The notes under the pieces were generated by a model, which was given only the letters and a program-made list of their open reading frames with translations, did no database searches and was not told the origin of the DNA. A DNA stretch of 63,965 nucleotides, the filler included, from Octopus bimaculoides (taxonomy: Eukaryota): NCBI RefSeq assembly GCF_001194135.2. It is 8 parts of 7 records of this genome, joined end to end, with 100 filler letters (N's around TTAATTAATTAA, not from the genome) between each part and the next. Parts side by side here need not be neighbours in the genome. Positions count along the whole stretch, not along the records: positions 36,207 to 52,143 come from NC_068989.1; positions 52,244 to 57,679 come from NC_069007.1; positions 57,780 to 63,965 come from NW_026336419.1; 5 more parts are not named here. One strand, written 5' to 3'. A program made the translations under genes and the position numbers. Positions 49,240 to 63,185 of this stretch are shown piece by piece (the stretch's first letter is position 1; each line of letters starts with the position of its first letter).

Positions 49240-50481
49240 GAACACATATTTTTGTCTTGTTTCAGTCATTAGACTGTGGCCATGCTGGGGCACTACCTTG
49301 TAGAACTTTTAGTCGAATGAGTCAACCCCAGGACATATTTTTTAAAGCCTGGTACTTACTTTATCAGTCATTTTTGAGCGGGACGTAACACAACCAACAA
49401 CGGTTGTCAAATCGCGCATGCACGCGCACACACCCTCACATATATATGCTTTTATTCATTTACTTGTTTCAGTTATTTGACTGCGACTATGCTGGAGTAG
49501 TACCTTCTTAAAGGTTTTTTTTCTTTTTAGTCAAAGAAATCGACCCCAGGATCTGTCTTTATTGTACCCTAGTACTTATTCTATCGGTTCCTTTTGCCGA
49601 ACCACTAAGTTACATGAACGTAAACACACCAACATCGGTTGTCAAGCGACGGTGGGGGGAACACGGACACAAAGCTGCACACATATAAATATATACATAT
49701 GTACGATGGGCTTCTTTCAGTTTCCGTCTACCAAATCCACTCACAAGGCTTTGGTCGGCCCGTGGCTATTTTGTACGACGCTCTACTGAATCTTCACTCT
49801 ATCTCCATGCCATACNNNNNNNNNNNNNNNNNNNNNNNNNNNNNNNNNNNNNNNNNNNNNNNNNNNNNNNNNNNNNNNNNNNNNNNNNNNNNNNNNNNNN
49901 NNNNNNNNNNNNNNNNNNNNNNNNNNNNNNNNNNNNNNNNNNNNNNNNNNNNNNNNNNNNNNNNNNNNNNNNNNNNNNNNNNNNNNNNNNNNNNNNNNNN
50001 NNNNNNNNNNNNNNNNNNNNNNNNNNNNNNNNNNNNNNNNNNNNNNNNNNNNNNNNNNNNNNNNNNNNNNNNNNNNNNNNNNNNNNNNNNNNNNNNNNGG
50101 TGGGGGGAACACGGACACAAAGCTGCACACATATAAATATATACATATGTACGATGGGCTTCTTTCAGTTTCCGTCTACCAAATCCACTCACAAGGCTTT
50201 GGTCGGCCCGTGGCTATTTTGTACGACGCTCTACTGAATCTTCACTCTATCTCCATGCCATACTTTCTGGAAATAAAGATAGAGGACATACAAGAAATCA
50301 ACCAGCTAACACACGTATTACAAATGCAATCAGTAAGCGGAACTAAGTTACATGAACGTAAACACACCAACATCGGTTGTCAAGCGATGGTGGGGGGAAC
50401 ACGGACACAAAGCTGCACACATATAAATATATACATATGTACGATGGAGTTCTTTCAGTTTCCGTCTACCAAATCCACTCA
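49240..50481 (-). mobile_element. Cluster of SINE B fragments with local duplications
   Basis: Tail copies at ~49240 and ~49450; the block ACACGGACACAAAGCTGCAC...AAATCCACTCA recurs at ~49660, ~50110 and ~50400. Confidence 0.8.
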
Positions 50482-51019
50482 TGCAAGACTTTTTCAGGTT
50501 CAACACCAGGCACTGTTTTTGTTATCTACAATCCAGTGATAGAACTTTGAGTTCTGGTTTGAAACCAGCTCCTTTCTTATAAGAAGACTTCAAATAATTA
50601 AAGATGGAAAAGATCATGCACGCTTGCATAAGTATATGCCTGCACACATGTCCGCAAAAAACATCGAAACCCAGGTTTCTCCTACTCCTCCTACACTGCC
50701 TTCTCCTCCTCTTCCTCATCCTCCTCCCCTTCTTCTTTTCCTTCCTACAACTACTACTCCCAACTACATGCGTGGAGATGGATATGCATGTGTGTTGTGT
50801 GTTAGCGGTGCAGTATGAACTTATTGTTCATACAGTACTGATATTGTACATAATGCTGAATCCACTTACTACCACCACCACCACCACCACCACCACCACC
50901 ACCACCACCATCAAAACCACCATAACCAATAACACAGTCAAATTGTAATATAGACCTGTACAGCAGGTCTTATACATGCCTATGAATAAACAGTGGCTGA
51001 GATTTCCTTAGCACATAGT

Positions 51020-51050
<31 letters not shown>

Positions 51051-51550
51051 TTATATAAACAGAAATATACACACAGACACGTTGTTTTCCTGTAGTTCCG
51101 TCTACCAAGACGCTCACAAGACATTCCTAGGTCGCGGCAATTGTTATAAGTACAAGTCACCTGCTCACTGTACAACGCAATGAGACCGAGCACTAAACCG
51201 CGTGTTTGTCAAGGGACCGTTTGTACTACAATCCAAAGTTACGTATGTGTGTCTGTGTATGTGTGTGTGTGTGTGCATGTGTGTAAGTATGTATATATTC
51301 ATATATATAAATATATACATTCTTTTTAGTCTGTTATTTGTTTCAGTCATTTGACGCTGGAGCGTCGCTCTTTAGTCAAACAAATCGAACCTAGGACTTA
51401 TTGTTTTATAAACCTAGTACTCATTCTATCGATGCCTTTTCCCGAACCGCTATGTTACTGGGACGTAAACACCAACGTCTGTTGTCAAGTGATGGTGGGG
51501 GGACGAACACAGACACACATATACATACATACATACATCTATATATATAT

Positions 51551-51583
<33 letters not shown>

Positions 51584-51589
51584 GTTGAA

Positions 51590-51740
51590 ACTTATAGAAA
51601 TTTACAAAAGACGACGACGGGTGTATTAGTTTGACGCTCTGGAAGATGAGAAAGTATTTTACGTTTCAAGCCTACGCTCTTCGACAGAAAAGAACACAAG
51701 GAAATAAACAGAGAGAGAGAACAAAGAACAAAAAGAACTA
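51590..51740 (-). mobile_element. Repeat family E copy with hammerhead-like core (51692-51655)
   Basis: CUUUU-CUGUCGA-A-GAGC-GUAG-GCUU-GAA-ACGU-A/AAA followed by GAGCGTCAAACTAATAC, shared with the copies at 57541 and 60552. Confidence 0.6.
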
Positions 51741-52600
51741 GTGGATTTAGCAGTCGATCATCGCGACCAATATTGACTCTCCGCAAAATCCAACATTTTA
51801 TTTAATTTGCATTGCGAGAGCAACTGTTTTATCGAAAGCGTATATTGTTGTTAAATGCTCGAAATAGAAGAGTAGCAAAAGAGCCAACAACTGATGACGG
51901 GTCGTCCTTTATGTTGTTTGTCTTGTTTCCCATTTGTGTCTTTCGTTGTTCGAAAAAAATAGTCATATTCCATATACTCGTACTTCGTAGATTTTAATGT
52001 ACGCGTTTCGTGACATCATGAGACTACACATGCATGTATATTTGAACATGGAACATGTAAAACTGGAAGAAGTGTCGCTTGGCATTTCGCTTTGTGTGCT
52101 AACTATTCTGCTAGTGCACCGCCTTTACCAGTAATCTATGCATNNNNNNNNNNNNNNNNNNNNNNNNNNNNNNNNNNNNNNNNNNNNTTAATTAATTAAN
52201 NNNNNNNNNNNNNNNNNNNNNNNNNNNNNNNNNNNNNNNNNNNAGAAATACTTATATACAAGCATATATATATGCATATATACATATACATGTATATATT
52301 GAGAAATACTTATATACAAGCATATATATATGCATATACATATATATATTAATACATAAATACATTTGACTACTCACATGCGTATGTATATCATGTATAG
52401 ACATATGCAAATATGTATATATATGTGTATATATATATGTGTACCTATATGCATATGTATATATGTATATATATATATACTTGTATATATATGAACGTGT
52501 ATATGTATAAATGTATGTGTGTGTGTATGGTATTTGTATATATACATACATATATACATACATAAAAATATATACATATATAATTCGCACACACACATAC

Positions 52601-52639
<39 letters not shown>

Positions 52640-52670
52640 CGTAGTTCTACCTGCCTTTAACTCAACGAAA

Positions 52671-52735
<65 letters not shown>

Positions 52736-53210
52736 CATTTCCATTTATTTATCTCCGGTGAACTGAACAGAACACACGGCATGGCGCCTGGCAAAAAAAA
52801 AGAAAATAATACATAAAACAAAACAAGACGTAACAAAAAAGACAAAAAAACTAAAAAACAACTATGATAATTTATTTGGTAAAAACAAAACAAAAAGCAA
52901 ACAAAAAAATCATGATTTTATAGAAACGACACTGCAAAAAATACACAAACCAAAATAATAAATAAGCAGCTAAAAAATAATATATATACAAGCCAAATAA
53001 AACTTGAAATATTTTCATGTGAGTCTCCTCATGTTGAATACACAACACACTATGTATAGTAATATTCACTGCAAATTTAATCTATACATTGGCGCCCTCT
53101 GTACGTCGATGTTAGAATTAAGTTTGTATAAAATGTATGAATAGTTTTCTTCTTGAATCACTTTTGAAATAGCTGCGTACCTGTTTGTCTGTCTGTTTGT
53201 CTATCTATAT

Positions 53211-53300
53211 ATTTGTCTGGTTATCTATGTATTTGTCTGGTTATCTATGTATTTGTCTGGTTATCTATGTATTTGTCTGGTTATCTATGTATTTGTCTGC
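53211..53300. repeat. 20-bp minisatellite (ATTTGTCTGGTTATCTATGT) x ~4.5
   Basis: Directly visible, perfect units. Confidence 0.95.
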
Positions 53301-53379
53301 CTGTTTATCTAGCTATGTATGTATGTATGTATGTATGTATGTATGTATGTATGTATGTATGTATGTACGTGTCTGTCTC

Positions 53380-53411
<32 letters not shown>

Positions 53412-53509
53412 TCTAGCGGCACTCACTCGCAACTATCAAAGTATATACACATAAATACGTATGTACATACATGTGTACATGCATACGTGCTTGCATACGN
53501 NNNNNNNNN

Positions 53510-53792
53510 TTGTCGAACCGCTAAGTTACGGGGACGTAAACACACCAGCATCGGTTGTCAAGCGATGTTGGAGGGAACAAACACAGACACAGACACATAC
53601 ACACACACACACACACATACATATATATACGACGGGCTTCTTTCAGTTTCCGTCTACCAAATCCACTCACAAGGCTTTGGTCGGCCCGAGGCTAGAGTAG
53701 AAGACACTTGCCCCAAGTGCCACGCAGTGGGACTGAACCCGGAACCATGTGGTTGGTAAGCAAGCTACTTACCACACAGTCACTCCTACGCC
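53510..53792 (-). mobile_element. SINE family B, little diverged
   Basis: Near-consensus head to mid-tail; rest lost in a small gap. Confidence 0.9.
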
Positions 53793-54779
53793 TATAAATA
53801 TATTTATATTTATATAACACACACATATATAACCATATGCATTCATATTTATACTTGGATACACATGAATGTATATATGCCTATGTGCACGTGTGTATAT
53901 GCATATATTAAGCACATGCATATCTATTTATGTATATGCTTGCGTATTCTTGTATGTGTATGTGTGCGTCTAGGTATTCATTAACCAACAGGAAACCATA
54001 TCACACATACACGCTCACAGATACATGCACGCATGCGCATACACCTTTTCACACGCATACCAACACAGAAAAGCAACAGTACAATAACCTTATCACATTC
54101 TTTCCCTCACCTTCCCAGAAATCATGCCAATATAATTTGTGACCGCCATATTAAAAATAAATTTAAATATCGAAATCATCATTATATGAACAAAAAAAAA
54201 ACAACAAACAAACCAAACAAAACATTAACAACCAAGAAACAAAACAAACAAGAAAACCACACACACATACACACACTCATGAAGAAAATAAATAAAAGTA
54301 ACCAGAACAAAAATACCGCAAATGATGAAACGAAAAATCCTAAAGACGCCATATTTGTGTCGCCGCGAAATTACTCGCTATTTTATCAACATAGTTTACG
54401 CTAAGTTTTGTTAAGGTTGGTTCTTTGCTTTATGATAATGATTTTAGAAATCAAGAAAATTTAATAGAACTGGATCAAATAATAAAACCAATCAAACAAA
54501 ACATAAGATAACGAGAAAATAAATAATTAAATAAATAAGAATTTTTCATCGCTCCACCATGCAGTGCTCCGCTCTTCAAAATAGAACTAGTTACAATAAA
54601 ACACCATTTCAAGACATGTCTGCGTGGTTATGAAACTTGCTCAGCAAGCATGCGTGTTATCGAGTTCATTCTCATAACGCGGAACCTTGGGTAAGTGTCT
54701 TCTAATGTCACTCTGGGTGAATCAATGCTTTGCGAGTAAATCTCGTAGACGTAAACTATGCGGAGGCGCGTTGTACTTC

Positions 54780-54955
54780 GAACATTCTCCCCGAACAGAG
54801 CACCAGTCCTTTGTAGGGTTGCCCATTTATAGTTTGGTGCATTGGATCAACATGGAGTGATTTTGCTCAAGAGCAGAACGCACTACAGGGCTGGGAATCG
54901 AAACTGCGACCGCATGATCATGAGTGCAACGCCCTAATCATTCATCTATGTGCTT
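54780..54955 (-). mobile_element. Diverged tRNA-derived SINE head (family C-like)
   Basis: Reverse reads TTAGGGCGTTGCACTCATGATC...GTTTCGATTCCCAG...CTTGAGCAAAATCACT. Confidence 0.55.
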
Positions 54956-54957
54956 TC

Positions 54958-55393
54958 AAAGGCAGCGAGCTGGCAGAAACGTTAGCACACCGGGTGAAAT
55001 GCTTAGTGGTATTTCGTCGGCCGTTGCGTTCTGAGTTCAAATTCCGCCAAAGTCGATTTTGCCTTTCATCCTTTCGGGGTCGATTAGATAAGTACCAGTT
55101 ACGCACTGGGGGTCGATGTAATCGACTTAATCCCTTTTGTCTGTCCTTGTTTGTCCCCTCTATGTTTAGCCCCTTATGGGCAATAAAGAAATAAGAAAAG
55201 TTAACAGGCCGGGCGAATACTTAGCGATATTACGTCTGTCTTTACGTTTTGAGTTCAAATTGCGCTGAGGTCGACTTTGCCTTCCAACCATTCGGGGGTC
55301 GATAAATTAAGTATCAGTTGCGTACTGGGGTCGATCTAATCGACTGGCTCCCTCCCCCAAATTTTCGGGCCTTGTGTCTAGAGTAGAAAAGAA
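54958..55393 (+). mobile_element. Two tandem SINE A copies (variant tail, then standard tail)
   Basis: 54958-55195 and ~55201-55393 are both colinear with family A. Confidence 0.9.
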
Positions 55394-56059
55394 TGTATGA
55401 GCTATTACTTTATATATTTATTTACTTTTTTTTTTGTTTCGTTACTTGAAAATAAGCAGTATCTTAATATCGGCAGTGAATATAGCATGATGACAGAATA
55501 TCGAATAATGGAAGAAATATAACTGAATATTATCGAAACAGCAATAAAATGGAATAAAATAGTGTAAAATAAAAATAATATAAAATGAATACCGAAAATA
55601 AAAGCGAATGAATTAAGGAAAAAAGATACGCCGCGCATATTCACACACAAAACCGGAAGGAAAATACTCGAATAGAGATTATTTTAGAAAATGTAGCAGA
55701 GAGACGACATTAGTAGTGAAAAATAACAGAAAAAAATCAAGTTTAAACCCTTAGTTGATAAGAAAACTAACTGGTTGTAAACGATATCAACAAGTAACCC
55801 ATTTTTGTCTTTAACATAATTGCTTCGTTACGCTATTTTTTTTTTGGCGGTGGTGGTGGGGAAGCTATTTTTTGGGGAAAAATTTTTGGTGTTCATTTAT
55901 TTATTTATTTGATTAATTTATCCGTTTATTTATTTAAGTTTTTGAAACCTTCAATATCTCAAAGAATGATAAAAGAAGTTCGGAGAAAAAAAAAAAGGAA
56001 AAAAAACCCCACCCAAAACAAACAGGAAAAACAAAAGGAACAGCAAAAATAAGAGCTAA

Positions 56060-56353
56060 GAACATCATCATCATCATCATCATCTTCACCACCACCACCA
56101 CCACCACCATCATCATCATCCTCATCATTATCATTGTCATTATCATCATCAGCGTCGTTGTTGTCGTCATCGTCATCGTCATCGTCATCATCATCATCAT
56201 CATCATCACTCTCATCACCATCTTGAACAGCACAACGTCAGCAATATTGATGACAACAGCATAAACAACGACAACATCTACAATAACATTGTCACCACCC
56301 CACCACGACCATCATCATCATCGTCACCGTCGTCATCATCATAGGTCATCAGC

Positions 56354-56390
<37 letters not shown>

Positions 56391-56558
56391 GCAACAACAT
56401 CAGCAATAACGACCACGGTACCAACAATAATAACATTAACGCCATCATCATCAGCGTCAGCATTAGCGTCATCATAATCATCATCATATTCGTCATCGTC
56501 GTCATCATCATCGTCGTCACCACCACCACCACCACTACCACCACCACCACCACCACCA
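56060..56558. repeat. (CAT)n/(CAC)n/(CAA)n compound microsatellite
   Basis: Directly visible. Confidence 0.95.
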
Positions 56559-57114
56559 NNNNNNNNNNNNNNNNNNNNNNNNNNNNNNNNNNNNNNNNNN
56601 NNNNNNNNNNNNNNNNNNNNNNNNNNNNNNNNNNNNNNNNNNNNNNNNNNNNNNNNNNNNNNNNNNNNNNNNNNNNNNNNNNNNNNNNNNNNNNNNNNNN
56701 NNNNNNNNNNNNNNNNNNNNNNNNNNNNNNNNNNNNNNNNNNNNNNNNNNNNNNNNNNNNNNNNNNNNNNNNNNNNNNNNNNNNNNNNNNNNNNNNNNNN
56801 NNNNNNNNNNNNNNNNNNNNNNNNNNNNNNNNNNNNNNNNNNNNNNNCCCACCAAAACTACCAGCAACATCATTATCATGTGCACCAGCACCAGCACCGC
56901 CACCATTATTGACTTGGTCATCATCCTCATCATCCTCATCCTCCTCCTCCTCCTCCTCCTCCTCCTCATCAATAATAACATAAACAAGAACAATATCAAA
57001 ACACCGAATGCTGAAATCAGAATATTTTATTTTCATCCACGGAAACGGAAAAAGACAAAAAAAAGATAAAAGAAACAAAACAAATAAAAAAAAGAACAAA
57101 ACACAACAAAAACG

Positions 57115-57145
<31 letters not shown>

Positions 57146-57494
57146 AAGAAACAAGAACGAGAAACTCAACGAAGATGAAACAAAGCGAGAAATAAGAAAT
57201 AACTTAGCAACTGCCGAGAAACCAAGGAAATGGAATCAAAGACAAGATTCTTTACCTTGTAGAGCAATGCAATGGACAAAAAAAAAGAGAACAAATAATT
57301 AAAATAATATAAATAAATATATAAAAATGGGCGCCAACTCGCTGTCATTAATACGCTTGCTTTGCAATCACGCTGTTTTCGGTTCAATCCCACTGCCCTG
57401 CATCTTGGTCTTCTACTATAGCCCCGGGCCGACTAAAGAATAGTGAATGAATTTTGGTAGAAAAAAACTGTGCGGAAGTTCGTTGACCAAACAC

Positions 57495-57672
57495 CATTCG
57501 ATTTTTTTTCTCCGTGTTTTTCTCCTTGTTTTCTCCGTATTCTTTCTGTTGAAGAGCGTAGCTCGAAACGTTAAAGACTTTCTGTATTCCCGAGCGTCAA
57601 ACTAATACATCCTTTGGTTGTTTACACCACCTGTCCTCGTCTGTTGTTGTTTTTTTAAGTACATTCTCCCAT
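57495..57672 (+). mobile_element. Repeat family E copy with hammerhead-like core (57541-57577)
   Basis: UCUUU-CUGUUGA-A-GAGC-GUA-GCUC-GAA-ACGU-U/AAAGA: perfect 5-bp stem I and 4-bp stem II. Confidence 0.65.
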
Positions 57673-57779
57673 ATATATANNNNNNNNNNNNNNNNNNNNN
57701 NNNNNNNNNNNNNNNNNNNNNNNTTAATTAATTAANNNNNNNNNNNNNNNNNNNNNNNNNNNNNNNNNNNNNNNNNNNN

Positions 57780-57818
<39 letters not shown>

Positions 57819-58757
57819 GCTGTATATATGTGACGCTGAATGACTTGAGAGCTTGTTACATAGGGTATCTATCGTAATAACCGGAAGTCGACAACGGTGC
57901 CGTATAATGTGACATGAAACTATTTTCAGATAAGGAGAATCGAAAGGAAGTCGCGTCAAGGAATGAACACAGGTGACATATTCCAACACATTATACATAC
58001 ATATGTATGTGTTGTATGTATGGATATGCTTTCATACATATATACTTATATAATGTACATATATGTGTTCAAGTACATATATGTATTGTATATATATATA
58101 TATNNNNNNNNNNNNNNNNNNNNNNNNNNNNNNNNNNNNNNNNNNNNNNNNNNNNNNNNNNNNNNNNNNNNNNNNNNNNNNNNNNNNNNNNNNNNNNNNN
58201 NNNNNNNNNNNNNNNNNNNNNNNNNNNNNNNNNNNNNNNNNNNNNNNNNNNNNNNNNNNNNNNNNNNNNNNNNNNNNNNNNNNNNNNNNNNNNNNNNNNN
58301 NNNNNNNNNNNNNNNNNNNNNNNNNNNNNNNNNNNNNNNNNNNNNNNNNNNNNNNNNNNNNNNNNNNNNNNNNNNNNNNNNNNNNNNNNNNNNNNNNNNN
58401 NNNNNNNNNNNNNNNNNNNNNNNNNNNNNNNNNNNNNNNNNNNNNNNNNNNNNNNNNNNNNNNNNNNNNNNNNNNNNNNNNNNNNNNNNNNNNNNNNNNN
58501 NNNNNNNNNNNNNNNNNNNCACATATATATATATATATATATATACGTATGTATGTCTGCATGTATGTATATGTTTTGCATGTATCGATGAATGGATGAA
58601 CTGACGGGTGACTGAATGTATGTATGACTATATGTAATCCATGTACGTACGTACGTACATACGTATGTGAATATATTTGCATGTGTGTATGTGTGGATGT
58701 ATATTTATATAAATGTATGTATGTAGGCCTGTCTGTCTGTCTGTCTCTATCTATCTC

Positions 58758-58816
<59 letters not shown>

Positions 58817-59663
58817 GTCTCAGTCTGTCAAGCTAGCTATTTCTGAATATATCAATCCGTCTAGCACTCTCACGAGTTCTCTGCAGCGCGTTGCTGTTGA
58901 AACTCATAAGTTCGCCATTACAGTCGTAAACGAACGATAATTTCACAACATATTAAAAATATCTTCACTGAATTTTCAGTCGATTTACCAAAAGTATGGA
59001 CAGCTACCGTTTTGCACCTTAATCACAGTAAGCTGTTGTTAGCATAATTCACCACATACTCTCGAGACTAAATTTTCCCTTTTGTAAAGCTTAACCGTCC
59101 AATAAATGATTACTTCTAATTTTTAGCACAAAGCCTGCAAATTTGAAGTGGGGATACTAGACGTTAACATCGACTTCAGTATTCGGGTGGTACTTTATTT
59201 TATCGATACTGAAAGAATGAAAGATGAACTCAACTTCGGAGAGGTTTGGATTAAATATGTGAAGAGTCAGATGAACTACCACTTAGCACGTTTGCCCTAC
59301 GTAATAACGACTCTGCCAGACCGCTGTCTTTTACGCACAAGGGCGAAAGATGAATTTACCCTCGACGTTATTTGAACTAAAAATGTGAAACTGTAAAGCG
59401 TCGGAAGAAACGCCATTATGAATGTTTGATGAATAAACGAGTCTGCTTGCTCGCTGTCTTAAGACACCGCTTATAGGCTTAGTTAAGATTTCATAAGGAA
59501 TTCGTCTAGTTTTAGGCTCATTTATATAAAATTAAAACTTAAACCAGCATGGCCGTAGTCAAATGACTGGAACATGTAAAATAATAAAAGAATATACATA
59601 TTATATAACTTACCTGCTCTTATATTATTCAAATAACTACATATTCTCTCTCTCTTCTACACA

Positions 59664-59725
<62 letters not shown>

Positions 59726-59779
59726 CACACAACTACGAGTTGTCAAAACCACGTTATTTTATTGATTATAAACAAAATT

Positions 59780-59980
59780 CAAGCGGCGAGCTGGCAGAAT
59801 CGTTACAGTGTCGGATTAAATACTTCGGTGTATTTACTTATGACTCTTTATGTTCTGAGTTCAAATCTCATCGGAGTTAACTTTGCCTTTCATTCATTCC
59901 TCGCGGATCGATAAAATAAGATACCATTGGAGTGGAAGGTATCGACTGACTCCCCTCTCCTCAAAACTGCTGTTCAAATG
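59780..59980 (+). mobile_element. SINE family A, diverged
   Basis: GCGGCGAGCTGGCAGAATCG...GAGTTCAAATC...CGATAAAATAAG. Confidence 0.75.
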
Positions 59981-60551
59981 CCTAAATCATTAATTATAAA
60001 CAAACATGGAATCGATATTTTTTATGATCGATTTTAACCAGTTCATATATTTATACTTTCAATTGCATACCACATCCAACCGCTATCGCCAGTAAAACAT
60101 ACGCATGCGCAGTAACTATGTTGCGTTATTAACTCAGTATCTTCCATATTTTTTTGCCTTTGTATATAACTCTTTCTATTACTTTTCTCTATGTCTAGCA
60201 GTGTTCTTCTTCGCCAATTAATCCAATTAATTAGCTTAATTAGCTCCTCCCACTTCAGCCAATCTTCATAAACGTAATCATCAAATATTTTCAGCTAGAA
60301 TTAGAAAACTTGAATTCAAGCGAAACTTCAAATCACCGCCATCTTAAAAATGAAGTATTTAATACCATTTTACGTATTAAAGTCGTAATCAACTAATTGG
60401 TTTCTATGGTTTAACAATATTCTCTGAGGTGGTTTCTATGTAATTTCTAAGTATCGTGGAGTGTTAGAAGCGTGGGCAAGTATACCTTGCAGTATTTTTC
60501 CTTCTCTTTATGTCCTCATTTCAAATCTCACCCAGGACAAATTTATATATA

Positions 60552-60660
60552 AGGCTCGAAACGTCAAAGACTTTTTCATTTTCCCTGAGCGTCAAACTAA
60601 TGATTCATGTTATTTGTTGTTCCCTCTTTTGTCTCTGTCTTTGTTTTTTTTTGTACATTT
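60552..60660 (+). mobile_element. Repeat family E copy truncated within hammerhead stem II
   Basis: AGGCTC-GAAACGTC-AAAGAC...GAGCGTCAAACTAAT. Confidence 0.55.
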
Positions 60661-60769
60661 GAACCATCTGTGTGTGTGTGTGTGAGCATGTGTGTGTGCA
60701 TGTATAATTCTATGTGCTTATTTATATGTATATTTATGTGTGTGTACGTGTGTGAATATACAACGAGCA

Positions 60770-60925
60770 TCCACTCAGTTTCCCTCTACTCCCAAGGCAT
60801 TGATCAACCCGTAGCTGTAGTACAAGCAGAAGACACTTGGCCAAGCTGCTGTGGTGTGGGAATGAACCCCCAAAACACGAGGTTGCAAAGGGAACTTCTT
60901 AACCACACAGCCATGCTTACGCCTT
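60770..60925 (-). mobile_element. SINE family B head, diverged
   Basis: GAAGACACTTGGCCAAG...AACCACACAGCCATGCTTACGCC. Confidence 0.7.
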
Positions 60926-61284
60926 ATACGTATTAGCCGTTAGTAAATGACACAATATATATTTTTCAGAAGACATTTTTTTGTTTTCATCCTGCGATTC
61001 AATTCGTAATTTTATGAGTTTATAGGGAGTTATCAGAATAGGATATCTTTGTAGTTATTTGAAGCATTATGATTTGAATATAGAAAATTGGTGGCTAACA
61101 AAAGCCTTTTTTAATAATGTAGAGAATAGAGGAAAAGAAGTTTATTTGATATTTTGCCTTGAATAAGGTTCAATCGGGAAATGTAAAAACTTTCAAATGA
61201 GAGGTAAACAATGAACGAAACGAAACGAAATTGTTATAATAGGAATAAAACGGAGAGAGCGAGAGAGAGAAAGAGGAGGATAAG

Positions 61285-61316
<32 letters not shown>

Positions 61317-61448
61317 AGAATAACATCACTGTTTAATAGGTAAGTAGTCTTTGTTGAGCTAGACAACCAGAGATCAAGAACAACGGTGTTTGATATATCT
61401 TTGTAGAGAAAAGTTGTAAAGCGTTGAAGAAGAAAGACATTCTCTCAT

Positions 61449-61614
61449 GCAAGCACGGCCGTGTGGTTTAGGAGCTCTGTTTGAAACCATGTGGTTCCAG
61501 GTTCAGTCCCACGGTGCAGCACTTGGCAAGTGTCTTCTACTATAGTCTCGGGCCGACCAAAGCCTTGTGAGTAGATTTGGCAGACGGAAACTGAAAGAAT
61601 CCCGTCGTATATGT
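61449..61614 (+). mobile_element. SINE family B, 5' half
   Basis: Head and CORE-like block up to CCCGTCGTATATGT, then gap. Confidence 0.85.
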
Positions 61615-62659
61615 NNNNNNNNNNNNNNNNNNNNNNNNNNNNNNNNNNNNNNNNNNNNNNNNNNNNNNNNNNNNNNNNNNNNNNNNNNNNNNNNNNNNNN
61701 NNNNNNNNNNNNNNNNNNNNNNNNNNNNNNNNNNNNNNNNNNNNNNNNNNNNNNNNNNNNNNNNNNNNNNNNNNNNNNNNNNNNNNNNNNNNNNNNNNNN
61801 NNNNNNNNNNNNNNNNNNNNNNNNNNNNNNNNNNNNNNNNNNNNNNNNNNNNNNNNNNNNNNNNNNNNNNNNNNNNNNNNNNNNNNNNNNNNNNNNNNNN
61901 NNNNNNNNNNNNNNNNNNNNNNNNNNNNNNNNNNNNNNNNNNNNNNNNNNNNNNNNNNNNNNNNNNNNNNNNNNNNNNNNNNNNNNNNNNNNNNNNNNNN
62001 NNNNNNATCTTTATCTTATGATATTTACTTTACTTTATATTATACTCATTTATTGTGCTTTTAATTGTTAATTTTTCTATATGTGATAGTGGATTTTCAT
62101 CGATGAGTTCTTCAAACTTGGTTATTTTCCCTAAAACTATATATATTATACATATATATGTATATATGTATGCATATGCATATATACATACCTCTCCTAA
62201 AAAATGCATTAAAACTTCTGAAATGTATTTCGTGTAACCGAATATTTACTGGAGTCATACTTTAAGCGGGTCTAAATTGAAGGGTAGGGTATTTAAGCGG
62301 GTCTCTCATTGACTTAAAAATCTCTTCAATAGCGTATCATATTTAGCGAATAAATACTATAGAAACAACAGAACACAAGCATTTAATATGATATGAATGT
62401 TATTTATTTTAACAGATAATAATTCGCTAAAGTGGTGTCTCTCAATGAAAGAGCATCTATTTCGCTAAACTTGTGACCAATTTTAAACGATGCATTGTAA
62501 AAGTCCATTAGAACAAGCCTTACTTAACCGGGTAGTTTCTTTGGCTTCCACTATGACCAGTGCCAACAGGAACTGCAAAGATTTACGATCAATAAAATTT
62601 GACTATGATAATAAGCGATAATATTAAAGATGACAGACAACGAGAGCAGCAACTGGATG

Positions 62660-62945
62660 ACGACGACAACGACGGTGGTGATGATGATGATGATGACGAT
62701 GATGATGATGATGATGATTATGATGATGATGATTATGCGGATAATGATGTTGATGATGACGATGATGATGATGATGATGATGATGCTTGTGATGATGACG
62801 ATGATAATGATGATGATGATGATAACGATAATGACGACGTCGGCGATGATGGTGATGACAGAAATGTTTTATGACGATAGTGGTAACGACGACGACAGTG
62901 GTGATGATGCTGATGTTGATGGTTATGACGATGATGATGAGTGTA
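62660..62945. repeat. (GAT)n/(GAC)n microsatellite
   Basis: Directly visible. Confidence 0.95.
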
Positions 62946-63002
62946 GGAGTTGTTTTACTGGTTATTGATGAATGAAATAACACTCAGCATTAATACTGGT
63001 GC

Positions 63003-63057
63003 GAAGAAGAAGAAGAAGAAGAAGAAGAAGAAGAAGAAGAAGAAGAAGAAGAAGAAA

Positions 63058-63135
<78 letters not shown>

Positions 63136-63185
63136 AAGACGAAGAAGATCATCAACAACAACAACAATAACAATAATAATAATAA
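63003..63185. repeat. (AAG)n-(AAT)n-(AAG)n-(AAC/AAT)n compound microsatellite
   Basis: Directly visible. Confidence 0.95.

Noticed and set aside
49650-50255. Identical ~165-bp blocks flanking a gap
   Set aside because: Gap-flanking identity points to an assembly or haplotype artefact; the third diverged copy at ~50345 may be real but is just SINE B.
51825-52030. Further hammerhead-like pieces (GAAAGCGTA..CAACAACTGATGA; reverse CTCATGA..CGAAACGCGTA)
   Set aside because: Stem II or stem I cannot be formed and the cores are mutated; insufficient support.
53211-53300. CRISPR-like array
   Set aside because: Contiguous 20-bp units with no spacers; eukaryotic context, no cas genes.
48983-57993. 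Isolated plus-strand exon-like segments (~48983-49030, ~57950-57993) and the CAG|GTGAGT donor at 30444
   Set aside because: Single weak-to-moderate sites with no phase-consistent partners; expected by chance.
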